Shown here: piece by piece, positions 1-7,901 of the stretch | Numbering within the stretch: the first letter of the stretch is position 1 | Layout of the letters: each line of letters opens with the position of its first letter | DNA from: Candidatus Thermosaccharophagus tengchongensis | GTDB taxonomy: Bacteria; Armatimonadota; Fervidibacteria; Fervidibacterales; Thermosaccharophagaceae | Direction: 5' to 3' (one strand) | Length of the DNA stretch: 13,132 bases | Assembly (NCBI GenBank): GCA_032161105.1 | Contig: JAVHTD010000020.1 | Position numbers and translations under genes: made by a program | The notes under the pieces: generated by a model | What the model was told of the DNA's origin: nothing | The model's input: the letters and a program-made list of their open reading frames with translations, nothing else | Database searches by the model: none

Positions 1-672
1 CTCTTCACGGAAGAACCTTTGCAGCACAATCCCAGCTACGAATCCACCAACATGCGCCCACCATGCCACACCACCTTGAACCTCGCTTGGTCTGAGCATC
101 GTCTGCAGTATGCCGGAATTGAGCTGCATGATAAACCACAGCCCGAGATAAACAACTGCTGGTATCTCAACGACCTCAAGGAAATAGAAGAACAGCACGA
201 GCGTTAGAACGCTCGCCCTCGGAAACAACACAAAGTAAGCGCCCAACACACCAGAGATGGCTCCGCTTGCACCAATTGTTGGAACCCGTGAGGATGGCGA
301 TGTTAGAATGTGCATCACCGTCGCAGCCAACCCACAAAGCAGGTAGAAAATGAAGTAGCGGAAATGTCCCATGCGATCCTCAACATTGTCGCCAAAGATA
401 TAAAGAAACCACATGTTGCCGAGCAAGTGCAAGAACCCGCCGTGAAGGAACATAGATGCGAATGGAGCTGTCAGCAACTTCTGTAGTGGCACTTTATAGC
501 CGCTTACGAATGCCATATATTCGGCGGGCACGACTGCCACATCTCTGATAAACCTCTCAAGGGAAGCACCCATGGAGACTTCGTAGATGTAGACAGCAAC
601 ATTGGCAGCGATGATGGTGTATGTGACGATCGGCAAGCGCCTCGCACGAACATCATCCTTGAGCGGGAAAAT
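1..672 (-). CDS. Rhomboid family intramembrane serine protease (3' end runs off the window; not in ORF track)
   Basis: Manual translation from 672 is open to position 1: (I/M)FPLKDDVRARRLPIVTYTIIAANV...SMFLHGGFLHLLGNMWFLYIFGDNVEDRMG...TIGASGAISGVLGAY...GGVAWWAHVGGFVAG. It has the rhomboid HxxxxHxxxN motif, the GASG catalytic Ser and the AHxGG catalytic His. Likely start is ATT at 670-672, 7 nt from SD GAGGTG (680-685). Confidence 0.95.
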   Translation of the reverse strand, partial: MFPLKDDVRARRLPIVTYTIIAANVAVYIYEVSMGASLERFIRDVAVVPAEYMAFVSGYKVPLQKLLTAPFASMFLHGGFLHLLGNMWFLYIFGDNVEDRMGHFRYFIFYLLCGLAATVMHILTSPSSRVPTIGASGAISGVLGAYFVLFPRASVLTLVLFFYFLEVVEIPAVVYLGLWFIMQLNSGILQTMLRPSEVQGGVAWWAHVGGFVAGIVLQRFFREE

Positions 673-790
673 GCTTTACCACCTCACTTGTGACTCAACG
701 CGACACTTGTGCATTTTACCGCGCCAACTTGTGGGTTATCGGCATACCAGCACGACATCTGGCGTGAGAATGGGATGCGTTGAAGCAGCT

Positions 791-2629
791 TCAATTTGCT
801 CCCACTGTCCCCCTCATCTCAACGAGCACAACCGTAATGTTATCTGCTCCACCAAGTTCATTGGCTTGTTCAATAAGCATAGCGCATGCTGATTGCAAGT
901 CTTGCTCAGATAACAGCACCTCCTCAATTGCCTTATCCTCAACCATGTCATGCAACCCATCAGAGCAAAGCAGGAGCTTATCTCCGACGCTGAGCAGCTC
1001 TTCAAACAGGTCAACCTCAATTTGCTCGCGCAAGCCAACCGCCCTGTAGATGATGTTGCGGTGAGGATGAACCCTTGCCTGCTCAGGTTGAATTTGTCCA
1101 GCATCAACAAGCTGCTGCACGAGTGAATGATCTTTGGTGATCTGCTTCAACTTGCCCCCGCGGAAGATGTAAGCCCTGCTGTCACCGACATTTGCAATGT
1201 ATGCTCGGTTGCCAATGACAAGCGCAGCAACCATCGTCGTGCCCATGTCACTCCTTGAACTGAGGGCGTTTTCCCAGACGACCCCGTTGGCGTGTTCAAA
1301 AGCGCTCTTCAGCGTGTTGCGCCAATCAGCTTCATATAACTGATCTACGCCTTTCCCCAACTCATTTAGCACAGCCTTTTGAATCGTCTCAAGCAGCGCA
1401 TTGAGTGCGAGTTTGCATGCCACTTCACCAGCTTGATGTCCACCCATTCCATCAGCGACAGCATAAAGCCCGATGCGGAATGGACGCGGGTCTTGAAAAC
1501 CTGTCAGCTCCCAGACTACAAAACCATCCTCGTTCAGCTCGCGCACCTTGCCGATGTCTGTCGCACCAAAGCCGCGGTATTCAATCGCTACAGCGCCGAC
1601 AAGCTCATTCAATGCAGCCTCAATTCTGCTGCGCATTTCATCAACGCACTTTACTCCCTCAATTGCTTCAATGCCCCTCATCAATTCCTGCGCTATGCGG
1701 AGTTCAATGAGCGATGGCTTCGCATCGCAAAAGCGCTGCAAAGCTTCAATCAACCAGACGCGCACTTGCATTGACATGTCCGAAGCGGCATCCTCGCAGG
1801 ACGCAGCTTTTTGCAAGGCTTCAAGTTCGCCAAAAGTGATGCCACCATCCTTCACAATCACCCGCCTCGTCAACTCTGGCACATGGTATGAATACCTGCT
1901 GAGCAGCTCCACGAGCTTGAGCAGCTTGAGTGCAATCTCAAGCACTGCCCTGAGGCGCATCGTTGAGGCGTCCAACTCGTCAAGCCTCAACCCCTCGTAG
2001 CGCTTAAGGATGATGTAGCTGCGCTCACTCCCACTGTATGGCTCCCAGTCAAATTCATCCACCACCTGCGGCAGTATATCCCCGCAGCCTTTGCACATCT
2101 CCGCCAACTCAATAAGCATTGTTTTCCTTGCCTTTGGAACTTCAACGGCGGTGAAGGTCACCCTGCCCGATGGGACATCCTCAATGCTGACTCCACAATC
2201 CCAACAGAAGTTGTCCTTAAACCCAGCCAAGTTGCCACACTGCGGACATTGTTTAAGCTGCTCAATTGAAAGCGCTTTGTAAATGCCCAATCCCTCAACC
2301 TCACCTAACAGCTCTCGCAGCTCATACTTACGCTCATTCACGAGAGCACCCTCAGGCAACGGTGCATACTCAACTTCGCCCACACCAACACCCACTTCTT
2401 CCTCGCGCGCTTCAATGAGCTCACCTGAGGGCTCGCTCGTAACCTCTAAGACTACTCGCTTTGCCGCTTCATGCTCAACTTCACCCAACGGAAGCTGTGC
2501 TATTTCCCCCACTCCAGTGACTTCGCCCTCGACTTCAGTTTCCTCAACCTCACGCAACGGCTCCCTACAGTGCCTGCAAAACTTCGCCTCGTCTCTGTTC
2601 TCACCGCCGCACTTCCTACATCTTATCAT
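791..2629 (-). CDS. Multidomain PP2C (Stp1/PrpC-like) Ser/Thr phosphatase with N-terminal zinc ribbons and a degenerate kinase-like domain
   Basis: The C-terminal ~260 aa carry PP2C motifs TDIGKVRELNED, VADGMGGHQAGEVA, MGTT, NVGDSRAY, DHS, LLCSDGL and GGADNIT. The N-terminus has CRKC..CRHC and CPQC..CWDC ribbons. SD AAGGAGG lies upstream of the ATG. Confidence 0.93.
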   Translation of the reverse strand: MIRCRKCGGENRDEAKFCRHCREPLREVEETEVEGEVTGVGEIAQLPLGEVEHEAAKRVVLEVTSEPSGELIEAREEEVGVGVGEVEYAPLPEGALVNERKYELRELLGEVEGLGIYKALSIEQLKQCPQCGNLAGFKDNFCWDCGVSIEDVPSGRVTFTAVEVPKARKTMLIELAEMCKGCGDILPQVVDEFDWEPYSGSERSYIILKRYEGLRLDELDASTMRLRAVLEIALKLLKLVELLSRYSYHVPELTRRVIVKDGGITFGELEALQKAASCEDAASDMSMQVRVWLIEALQRFCDAKPSLIELRIAQELMRGIEAIEGVKCVDEMRSRIEAALNELVGAVAIEYRGFGATDIGKVRELNEDGFVVWELTGFQDPRPFRIGLYAVADGMGGHQAGEVACKLALNALLETIQKAVLNELGKGVDQLYEADWRNTLKSAFEHANGVVWENALSSRSDMGTTMVAALVIGNRAYIANVGDSRAYIFRGGKLKQITKDHSLVQQLVDAGQIQPEQARVHPHRNIIYRAVGLREQIEVDLFEELLSVGDKLLLCSDGLHDMVEDKAIEEVLLSEQDLQSACAMLIEQANELGGADNITVVLVEMRGTVGAN

Positions 2630-2669
2630 CGGTTTCCCTCCTTACCTCGCTATCGGCGATTTGACGCGC

Positions 2670-2698
2670 ATCATATGAATGTTGCCCACCAAATGCAA
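2670..2698 (-). promoter_or_regulatory. Putative sigma70-type promoter for the PP2C gene
   Basis: Minus strand TTGCAT (2693-2698), 17-nt spacer, TATGAT (2670-2675), about 40 nt upstream of the ATG at 2629. Confidence 0.5.
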
Positions 2699-2831
2699 GC
2701 ATCGTGAAATCCAGCGCAACAAATAATTTGCCCCCGCACTGCTACCAAGGTCAGGTGGGCACTTCAACCTACACTCGTCTTTGCGCCGCAAGCTGCGCAT
2801 AAAAGACATCAATGCGGCGAATGATATTCGC

Positions 2832-4775
2832 CTAACGGCGCCTTTGCCTCACCCATTGAATTTCAAGCATTGCTTCAACAAGCAACATTGCCACGCAGAG
2901 AGTAATGAACAGCACTGTGGCATTGACAGGCATCTCAATTCTCTGTCCCCCTCTCCATTCATCAAGCGCTACATAGCTCCAATAAACTTTCGCCGCAAGT
3001 CTCCGCAGCTCATCATGGCTTGGGATGCGCGTGTCCGAATCGCTCACATCGGCATTGCTCACAATTGCCATTGACGAGAGTGATGAAGTCTTCCCGACCT
3101 CAATTTTTACGCCGCTGCTGCCGACCAACTTGACCACAGCATGGGACTGCATCACCGCGTATTGCAACAGCTCGCATAGCAGCGGAACAAAGGCTATGGA
3201 TGTTGGCATAGTGCTCGCCCTCGTATCAGCGCCCATCCACATCACGATTGCCCTTCCCAAGCCAAAGCCCTTCTCAGTGAGAGCTGGGCTGCCATCGTCA
3301 AACCGCAAAATCACAGTGCCAGATAAAGCCTCATCGGCAACTGTGCGCTCAAAGACGAGCACATCGCTGAGTTGCTCACTCGGTATGCGGCGTGAAATTG
3401 GGTGAGAAGCATCCGAGAGGAAGATACAAAGTGGCTTGGCACTGCTTTTCCCTCCATCTGCCCTCACGGGAAAAAGCCACCTTGGAGCATCAACGGCATG
3501 CCTGTCCACAAATGCGATAAGCGTCCCGCCAGACAAAAGCCAGCTGCGCAGTGCTGCCTCAGAGCTTTTCGCCATTGGTCTTGGACAGCACCAAATGAGC
3601 ACATGCCAGCGCTTGAGCTCATTCGCCGACTGCGGTATGCTCAAACTCCTATCAATGACAATGGAGTTTGTGCCAGCACATTCACGAATGCTTTCCAACG
3701 CCTTCGCGATGTAGAATGCGCTGCTGCCCTCCTGCTGCCATGAACCAACGCAAAGCACGCGTATCGGCAGCGGGTTGTAAAACGCAAAATGCAACTGGTT
3801 GTCAATCGGAAGCGCATCATGCCACTTGACCAACCCTCTATGCCAGCCGCTAAAGCCGAGGCTTATCGGTATCGCTAAGCTCAGCTCTCCCCTTGGGGCA
3901 ATGGTGACATCGCTTAGCTCCGCAGCTGGCTTATCATCAACTGCGACGGATACAGTTCCTCTCCAACTCCTGCTCCCGAAGTTTCGCAATGTGAGTCTCA
4001 ACACCGCCGATGGCGGTGAGGAAAGGCAAGTCACATCCACATCCCAATCAACGGGGGCAACATTCACATCTGAAAGGCTTTGGCGCACATCAACAATCGC
4101 AACATTGAGCTGCCCATCCATAAGGTTACTTGCACTTTCACGAACATGCCGAGCCGCTCCGCACAACGATGGAATGACCTGACCATCGGTGAAGATAAAC
4201 AAACATTTGCCTGTGCCGCTCACCAACTTAAACATCTCAAGCGCTTTTAGCAAGGCTCGCTTCACTGAGCCCTGAGTTGATTTAACCCGCATCCCTTTGA
4301 GCTTCCTCACTGCCTCACTCGCTTCCGATGTCCAGTTGCACACAACCTCATCGGGGCGAGATAGCGAGATGATGCAGAAGCGAGCGTTTGGCAGGCTGCG
4401 AATCAGCTCCTCAGCACACTCACAAGCCGTCTCAAACCTGCTCTTTGAGCCGTCCAAGAATGACATGCTTGGCGTATCATCCACGAGAATGCAGACCGAT
4501 GTGTCACTCAAAGCAGCAAGGCGAACTCCCCGTATGAGCGGGCGAGAGAGAGCAATGAAAAGGAACAGAACGGCTAACGAGCGAGCCAACACGATTAGCC
4601 ACTCACGCAACCTCCTCATGCCACTTGCTTGCAATGCAGCGCTTTCAAGCAAGCGCAACATTGTGAACGCTACATATCGCCTGCGCCTCAATGCAAGCAA
4701 GTGGATGATGATTGGGAGCGCGGCTGCTATTGGCGCGATGACGGCAAAAATGCCGTTGGCAAATTGGACTCCCAC
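2832..4775 (-). CDS. BatA-domain / von Willebrand factor A membrane-anchored protein (~647 aa)
   Basis: BatA-like N-terminus (QFANG...LPIIIHLL...LFIALSRP), vWA MIDAS-like ILVDDTPSMS and FIFTDG, an Ig/CARDB-like segment (LTLRNFG...DALPIDN) and a C-terminal hydrophobic helix. I moved the start from 5006, which overlaps the upstream gene, to GTG 4773-4775, 6 nt after SD GGGGTG. Confidence 0.85.
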   Translation of the reverse strand: MGVQFANGIFAVIAPIAAALPIIIHLLALRRRRYVAFTMLRLLESAALQASGMRRLREWLIVLARSLAVLFLFIALSRPLIRGVRLAALSDTSVCILVDDTPSMSFLDGSKSRFETACECAEELIRSLPNARFCIISLSRPDEVVCNWTSEASEAVRKLKGMRVKSTQGSVKRALLKALEMFKLVSGTGKCLFIFTDGQVIPSLCGAARHVRESASNLMDGQLNVAIVDVRQSLSDVNVAPVDWDVDVTCLSSPPSAVLRLTLRNFGSRSWRGTVSVAVDDKPAAELSDVTIAPRGELSLAIPISLGFSGWHRGLVKWHDALPIDNQLHFAFYNPLPIRVLCVGSWQQEGSSAFYIAKALESIRECAGTNSIVIDRSLSIPQSANELKRWHVLIWCCPRPMAKSSEAALRSWLLSGGTLIAFVDRHAVDAPRWLFPVRADGGKSSAKPLCIFLSDASHPISRRIPSEQLSDVLVFERTVADEALSGTVILRFDDGSPALTEKGFGLGRAIVMWMGADTRASTMPTSIAFVPLLCELLQYAVMQSHAVVKLVGSSGVKIEVGKTSSLSSMAIVSNADVSDSDTRIPSHDELRRLAAKVYWSYVALDEWRGGQRIEMPVNATVLFITLCVAMLLVEAMLEIQWVRQRRR

Positions 4776-4839
4776 AACGGACACCCCTTGGTCAAGCCTC
4801 ACACTCGCAGTCCATAAAGCCGGGAGAGTTGGTGCGTCC

Positions 4840-5862
4840 TCACTCGCACTCAAATTGCTCCAAGTCCACAACTTGACCAGTGCGTATGGCATGCTTTGCT
4901 GCGAGTGCGAGCTTGACGCTTTGCATCCCCTCGTAACCATCAACCATTGGTTTGGCACCTGTGAGGACGCACTGAATGAAGTGATCAATCTCACCCATAA
5001 AGCCATCCAACTCGCCGGCTGTTATAAAGCTGAGATCAATTGGCTTTGGCTCATCGCCCCGTGTGCATGCACGGAACTGATTCACATTGTCAAATGGACC
5101 ATCGGCATCCACAACCACAAATGGTGTTGCAAACGCAACTTGCTCCCTTGAGACCACCCATTCAGATGCATATCCCAAAGCGAGCGCCGCAATGCCCCCG
5201 GACAAGAACTGAATGCATACAGCCGCCGCATCAATCTGGGGCGCCCTGTGCTTCGCAAACAGGTTGCCGCCAAACCCGAATACGAATTTAGCCTCCCCCA
5301 TTAGCCACCTGAGCAAGTCAAACATATGCACAGCGTTCTCAAGCAACGGTCCGCCACCGTCAGCTTCGTCCCAGAACCAATCTTTCTCAACTCGTCCCAA
5401 TGCGAATCTTACGGATGCCCAAGCTATCTGACCCCACTCGCCATCGCACATGCGCTTAAGGAAGGCATAGAACGGGTGAAAGCGTTTTTTATGCGCCACC
5501 ATCAAAATAATTCCTCCCCTCTCGGCAGCCTCAATCATGCGCTTGCAATCTCTCAAGCTGCTCGCCATCGGCTTCTCGCATAGCACATGGACCTTTGCTT
5601 CAGCGCAAGCCTCCACGAGTTCGGCATGAGTGCTCGGCGGCGTGCAAATGCTCACGATGTCAAGGCGCTCACTTGAGAGCATTTTTTGAGCGGATGTGTA
5701 ATATGCAGCGCCGTAAGCCTTCGCCACCTCGCAAGCCAAAGCTTCGTTAGTGTCGCACACGGCGACGATGCGCACATCTTCACGGGTTGAGTAACACCGA
5801 AGATGAACCCTGCCTATGCCCAATCCGACGCATCCAACTCGCAATGGCATTTGCAGTGGCAT
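4840..5862 (-). CDS. Gfo/Idh/MocA family NAD(P)-dependent oxidoreductase
   Basis: Rossmann VGCVGLGIG, ICTPPSTH, HVLCEKP and GGGPLLENAVHMFD motifs. SD GAGGTG (5870-5875) is 7 nt before the ATG. Confidence 0.95.
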   Translation of the reverse strand: MPLQMPLRVGCVGLGIGRVHLRCYSTREDVRIVAVCDTNEALACEVAKAYGAAYYTSAQKMLSSERLDIVSICTPPSTHAELVEACAEAKVHVLCEKPMASSLRDCKRMIEAAERGGIILMVAHKKRFHPFYAFLKRMCDGEWGQIAWASVRFALGRVEKDWFWDEADGGGPLLENAVHMFDLLRWLMGEAKFVFGFGGNLFAKHRAPQIDAAAVCIQFLSGGIAALALGYASEWVVSREQVAFATPFVVVDADGPFDNVNQFRACTRGDEPKPIDLSFITAGELDGFMGEIDHFIQCVLTGAKPMVDGYEGMQSVKLALAAKHAIRTGQVVDLEQFECE

Positions 5863-5981
5863 TCTTGCTCACCTCACTGTGAAGTGCCTGATCCGCCTGA
5901 AAATATCCGTCAGCAGGGATAGCTTTGACACCCCTGTGATATGTTCAAAGTCATGACATGAAAATGGAACGAATGCACGGT

Positions 5982-7064
5982 TCAAACATACAGCCTCTGT
6001 GACCTGCGCAAAAGGAAAAGGAAGAACGGCACCCCAGAGAGCGCTGTGAACACACCAACCGGTATTTCGTTCCCGAGGCGTGAAAGGGTATCGCACAGCA
6101 CGAGGAATATAGCCCCTAACAGCATTGCTGCAGGTATGAGCATGCCATGTCCCGGTCCGATGAGCATGCGTGCCATATGCGGCATGACCAATCCCACAAA
6201 TCCAATTGAACCAGCATGGGCGACAGCGCCACTGCAGCACCAAGAGACAGCGCCAATGATAAACCACTTCAGCGCATCAACATTAACGCCCACATAGTGA
6301 GCCGTCTCCTCGCCGAGCAGGAGGGCATTCAACGGGCGCCAGTTCAACCAAAGAAGCGATATGCCGATGATTGCGTGTGGCAGCATGAACAACACATCAA
6401 TCCATGTGGCGTTGTAGAACCCGCCGAGAAGCCAAAAGTAAATTCGGGCAAGTGCCAAGCGGTGTGCCGAAAGATACATCAGGAGCGAAATGATGGCGGA
6501 CAAAAGGGCATTGACGGCAATGCCAGAGAGAAGCACTGCATCAGTGCGAAGCGCACCGCCAACTCTGCCCAAGGCTGCCACAATCCATGCAGCTGCGAAA
6601 GCCGTTGCAAAGGAGACAAACGGTTGCATGCTAATACCAAGCCAACTTGAGTGGGCATCCAAAAGCGCTATAACTGCAGCGCCGAGTGCCCCACCGGAGC
6701 TAATCCCGAGCAAATACGGATCAGCCATCGGGTTGCGAAACATCGCCTGCAATCCAACACCGCTTATCGCGAGTGAGGCGCCAACAAGCGCGGCAAGCGC
6801 TATCCTCGGAAGGCGAAAGAAAACGACGATGCGCTCTTCGTCGCTCAGCAAAGCCGAATTGGATACCGAGCGCACAATCGCACCGATGAGCTGATTAAAC
6901 GAGAGTTTTACCATTCCGATGAACATGGATGCGAATGCCGCGATCACGAGAAAAATAAAAAGTAGCGCCACAATGGCGATCCTGAAGAGGGCCTGTCTGT
7001 GCAGAGCGTCTTTTACTTCTTTGGGCACTGCAGATGAAGCCCCCGTGCCATTGTGAGCCATCAT
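5982..7064 (-). CDS. FecCD/BtuC family ABC transporter permease (iron-chelate, heme or cobalamin)
   Basis: Motifs RLPRIALAALVGASLAISG, FRNPMADPYLLGISSGG, LLLGEETAHYVGVN, GSIGFVGLVMPH and EIPVGVFTALSGVPFF. Start is probably ATG 7064 or 7061 after SD GGGTG, rather than GTG 7073. Confidence 0.95.
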   Translation of the reverse strand: MMAHNGTGASSAVPKEVKDALHRQALFRIAIVALLFIFLVIAAFASMFIGMVKLSFNQLIGAIVRSVSNSALLSDEERIVVFFRLPRIALAALVGASLAISGVGLQAMFRNPMADPYLLGISSGGALGAAVIALLDAHSSWLGISMQPFVSFATAFAAAWIVAALGRVGGALRTDAVLLSGIAVNALLSAIISLLMYLSAHRLALARIYFWLLGGFYNATWIDVLFMLPHAIIGISLLWLNWRPLNALLLGEETAHYVGVNVDALKWFIIGAVSWCCSGAVAHAGSIGFVGLVMPHMARMLIGPGHGMLIPAAMLLGAIFLVLCDTLSRLGNEIPVGVFTALSGVPFFLFLLRRSQRLYV

Positions 7065-7103
7065 GCCATGCACCCGTTATGGCAGCTGGCTTGATATCGC
7101 TCT

Positions 7104-7901
7104 TCAGACACCACCAGTGCGTGATTGGCGCTGTGGTGCACCTTTGTGGCGCTGTATCCGCTCCCTTCGCCCAACCTCGGGATGAACAACCAACATCCAG
7201 ACAATGCCTAAACCAGTGGCTATCAAGTCATCCCAAGGAAGGCTAACAAGCACATCCTGCTTCCCTTTAAGCAACCATGGCAGTATAAGCCTCAGCGGAT
7301 CAACGCACGCCATTATAACGGGCAAGTCGCTGCTGATGCTGCTTCCGAACCTCCTTTCGGCATATGTCCGAGCGACCTCTCCCCTCCTCTCGGCAAGCTC
7401 TGTCAGCTCCTCCTCGGATGCCAACGATTTGACAAAGTCCCTGAGGGCGTAAAGTGTCTCCTCAGCAACCTCCATGAATTCGGGCATTGCCAATGCAGTT
7501 GGCGAAAGGAAGCTGAACAGCTCCGACGGGGAAAATGGCTGACCGCGCTTCTCCCAAAGGACGATGGTCTTAAGCTCATCAAACAGCGGTGGCTCAATTA
7601 AAAGCACCGGCGCTGCATAGCAGCTGCCAAGCACAATTGGTTCACGGATGTAATTTGGAATGTCTGGGCTGAGCTCGGAATAGAAGCGAGCGACATTACC
7701 GTGCGGGTAAACAAGCTTTGCAAATGGCGGACATTGAAAGACGCCCGATGAATTAAAGAGAGCCGGCGGCACGCCAATGCTATTAGCTCTGGAGCGGCGT
7801 TGCAACCATAAAATGTTATCCCTCGGAAACCCCCTCCTTGGATTGAACATGAGCACGGCTTGCACCTGCTTTAGTAGGAGCAGATACTGGGAAATGGGCA
7901 A
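7104..7901 (-). CDS. Hypothetical protein (~265 aa); start codon uncertain
   Basis: Long ORF that fills the gap between genes in the same orientation, with a strong SD GGGAGGTG at 7912-7919. I recognise no family motif. Confidence 0.75.
   Translation of the reverse strand: MPISQYLLLLKQVQAVLMFNPRRGFPRDNILWLQRRSRANSIGVPPALFNSSGVFQCPPFAKLVYPHGNVARFYSELSPDIPNYIREPIVLGSCYAAPVLLIEPPLFDELKTIVLWEKRGQPFSPSELFSFLSPTALAMPEFMEVAEETLYALRDFVKSLASEEELTELAERRGEVARTYAERRFGSSISSDLPVIMACVDPLRLILPWLLKGKQDVLVSLPWDDLIATGLGIVWMLVVHPEVGRRERIQRHKGAPQRQSRTGGV

Noticed and set aside
711..727. Sigma54-like TTGGCGC...TGC on the minus strand upstream of the rhomboid
   Set aside because: The GG-to-GC spacing is 11 nt; sigma54 requires 10.
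4776..5006. N-terminal extension of the BatA/vWA ORF given in the track
   Set aside because: It overlaps the oxidoreductase by 167 nt. The BatA motif and SD point to GTG 4775.
4297..5151. 284-aa plus-strand ORF, plus the other antisense or alternate-frame ORFs in the track (e.g. 9822-10424, 1548-2000)
   Set aside because: They overlap well-supported genes and show no motifs; treated as shadow ORFs.
5885..5940. TPP-riboswitch-like fragments (CAGGGGTG on minus; CCTGATC...AGGGA on plus)
   Set aside because: The two halves are on opposite strands, the CUGAGA motif is absent, and no thiamine gene is adjacent.
7065..7103. Cobalamin riboswitch or Fur box upstream of the FecCD permease
   Set aside because: The gap is only ~40 nt, with no B12 box or AT-rich Fur-like palindrome.
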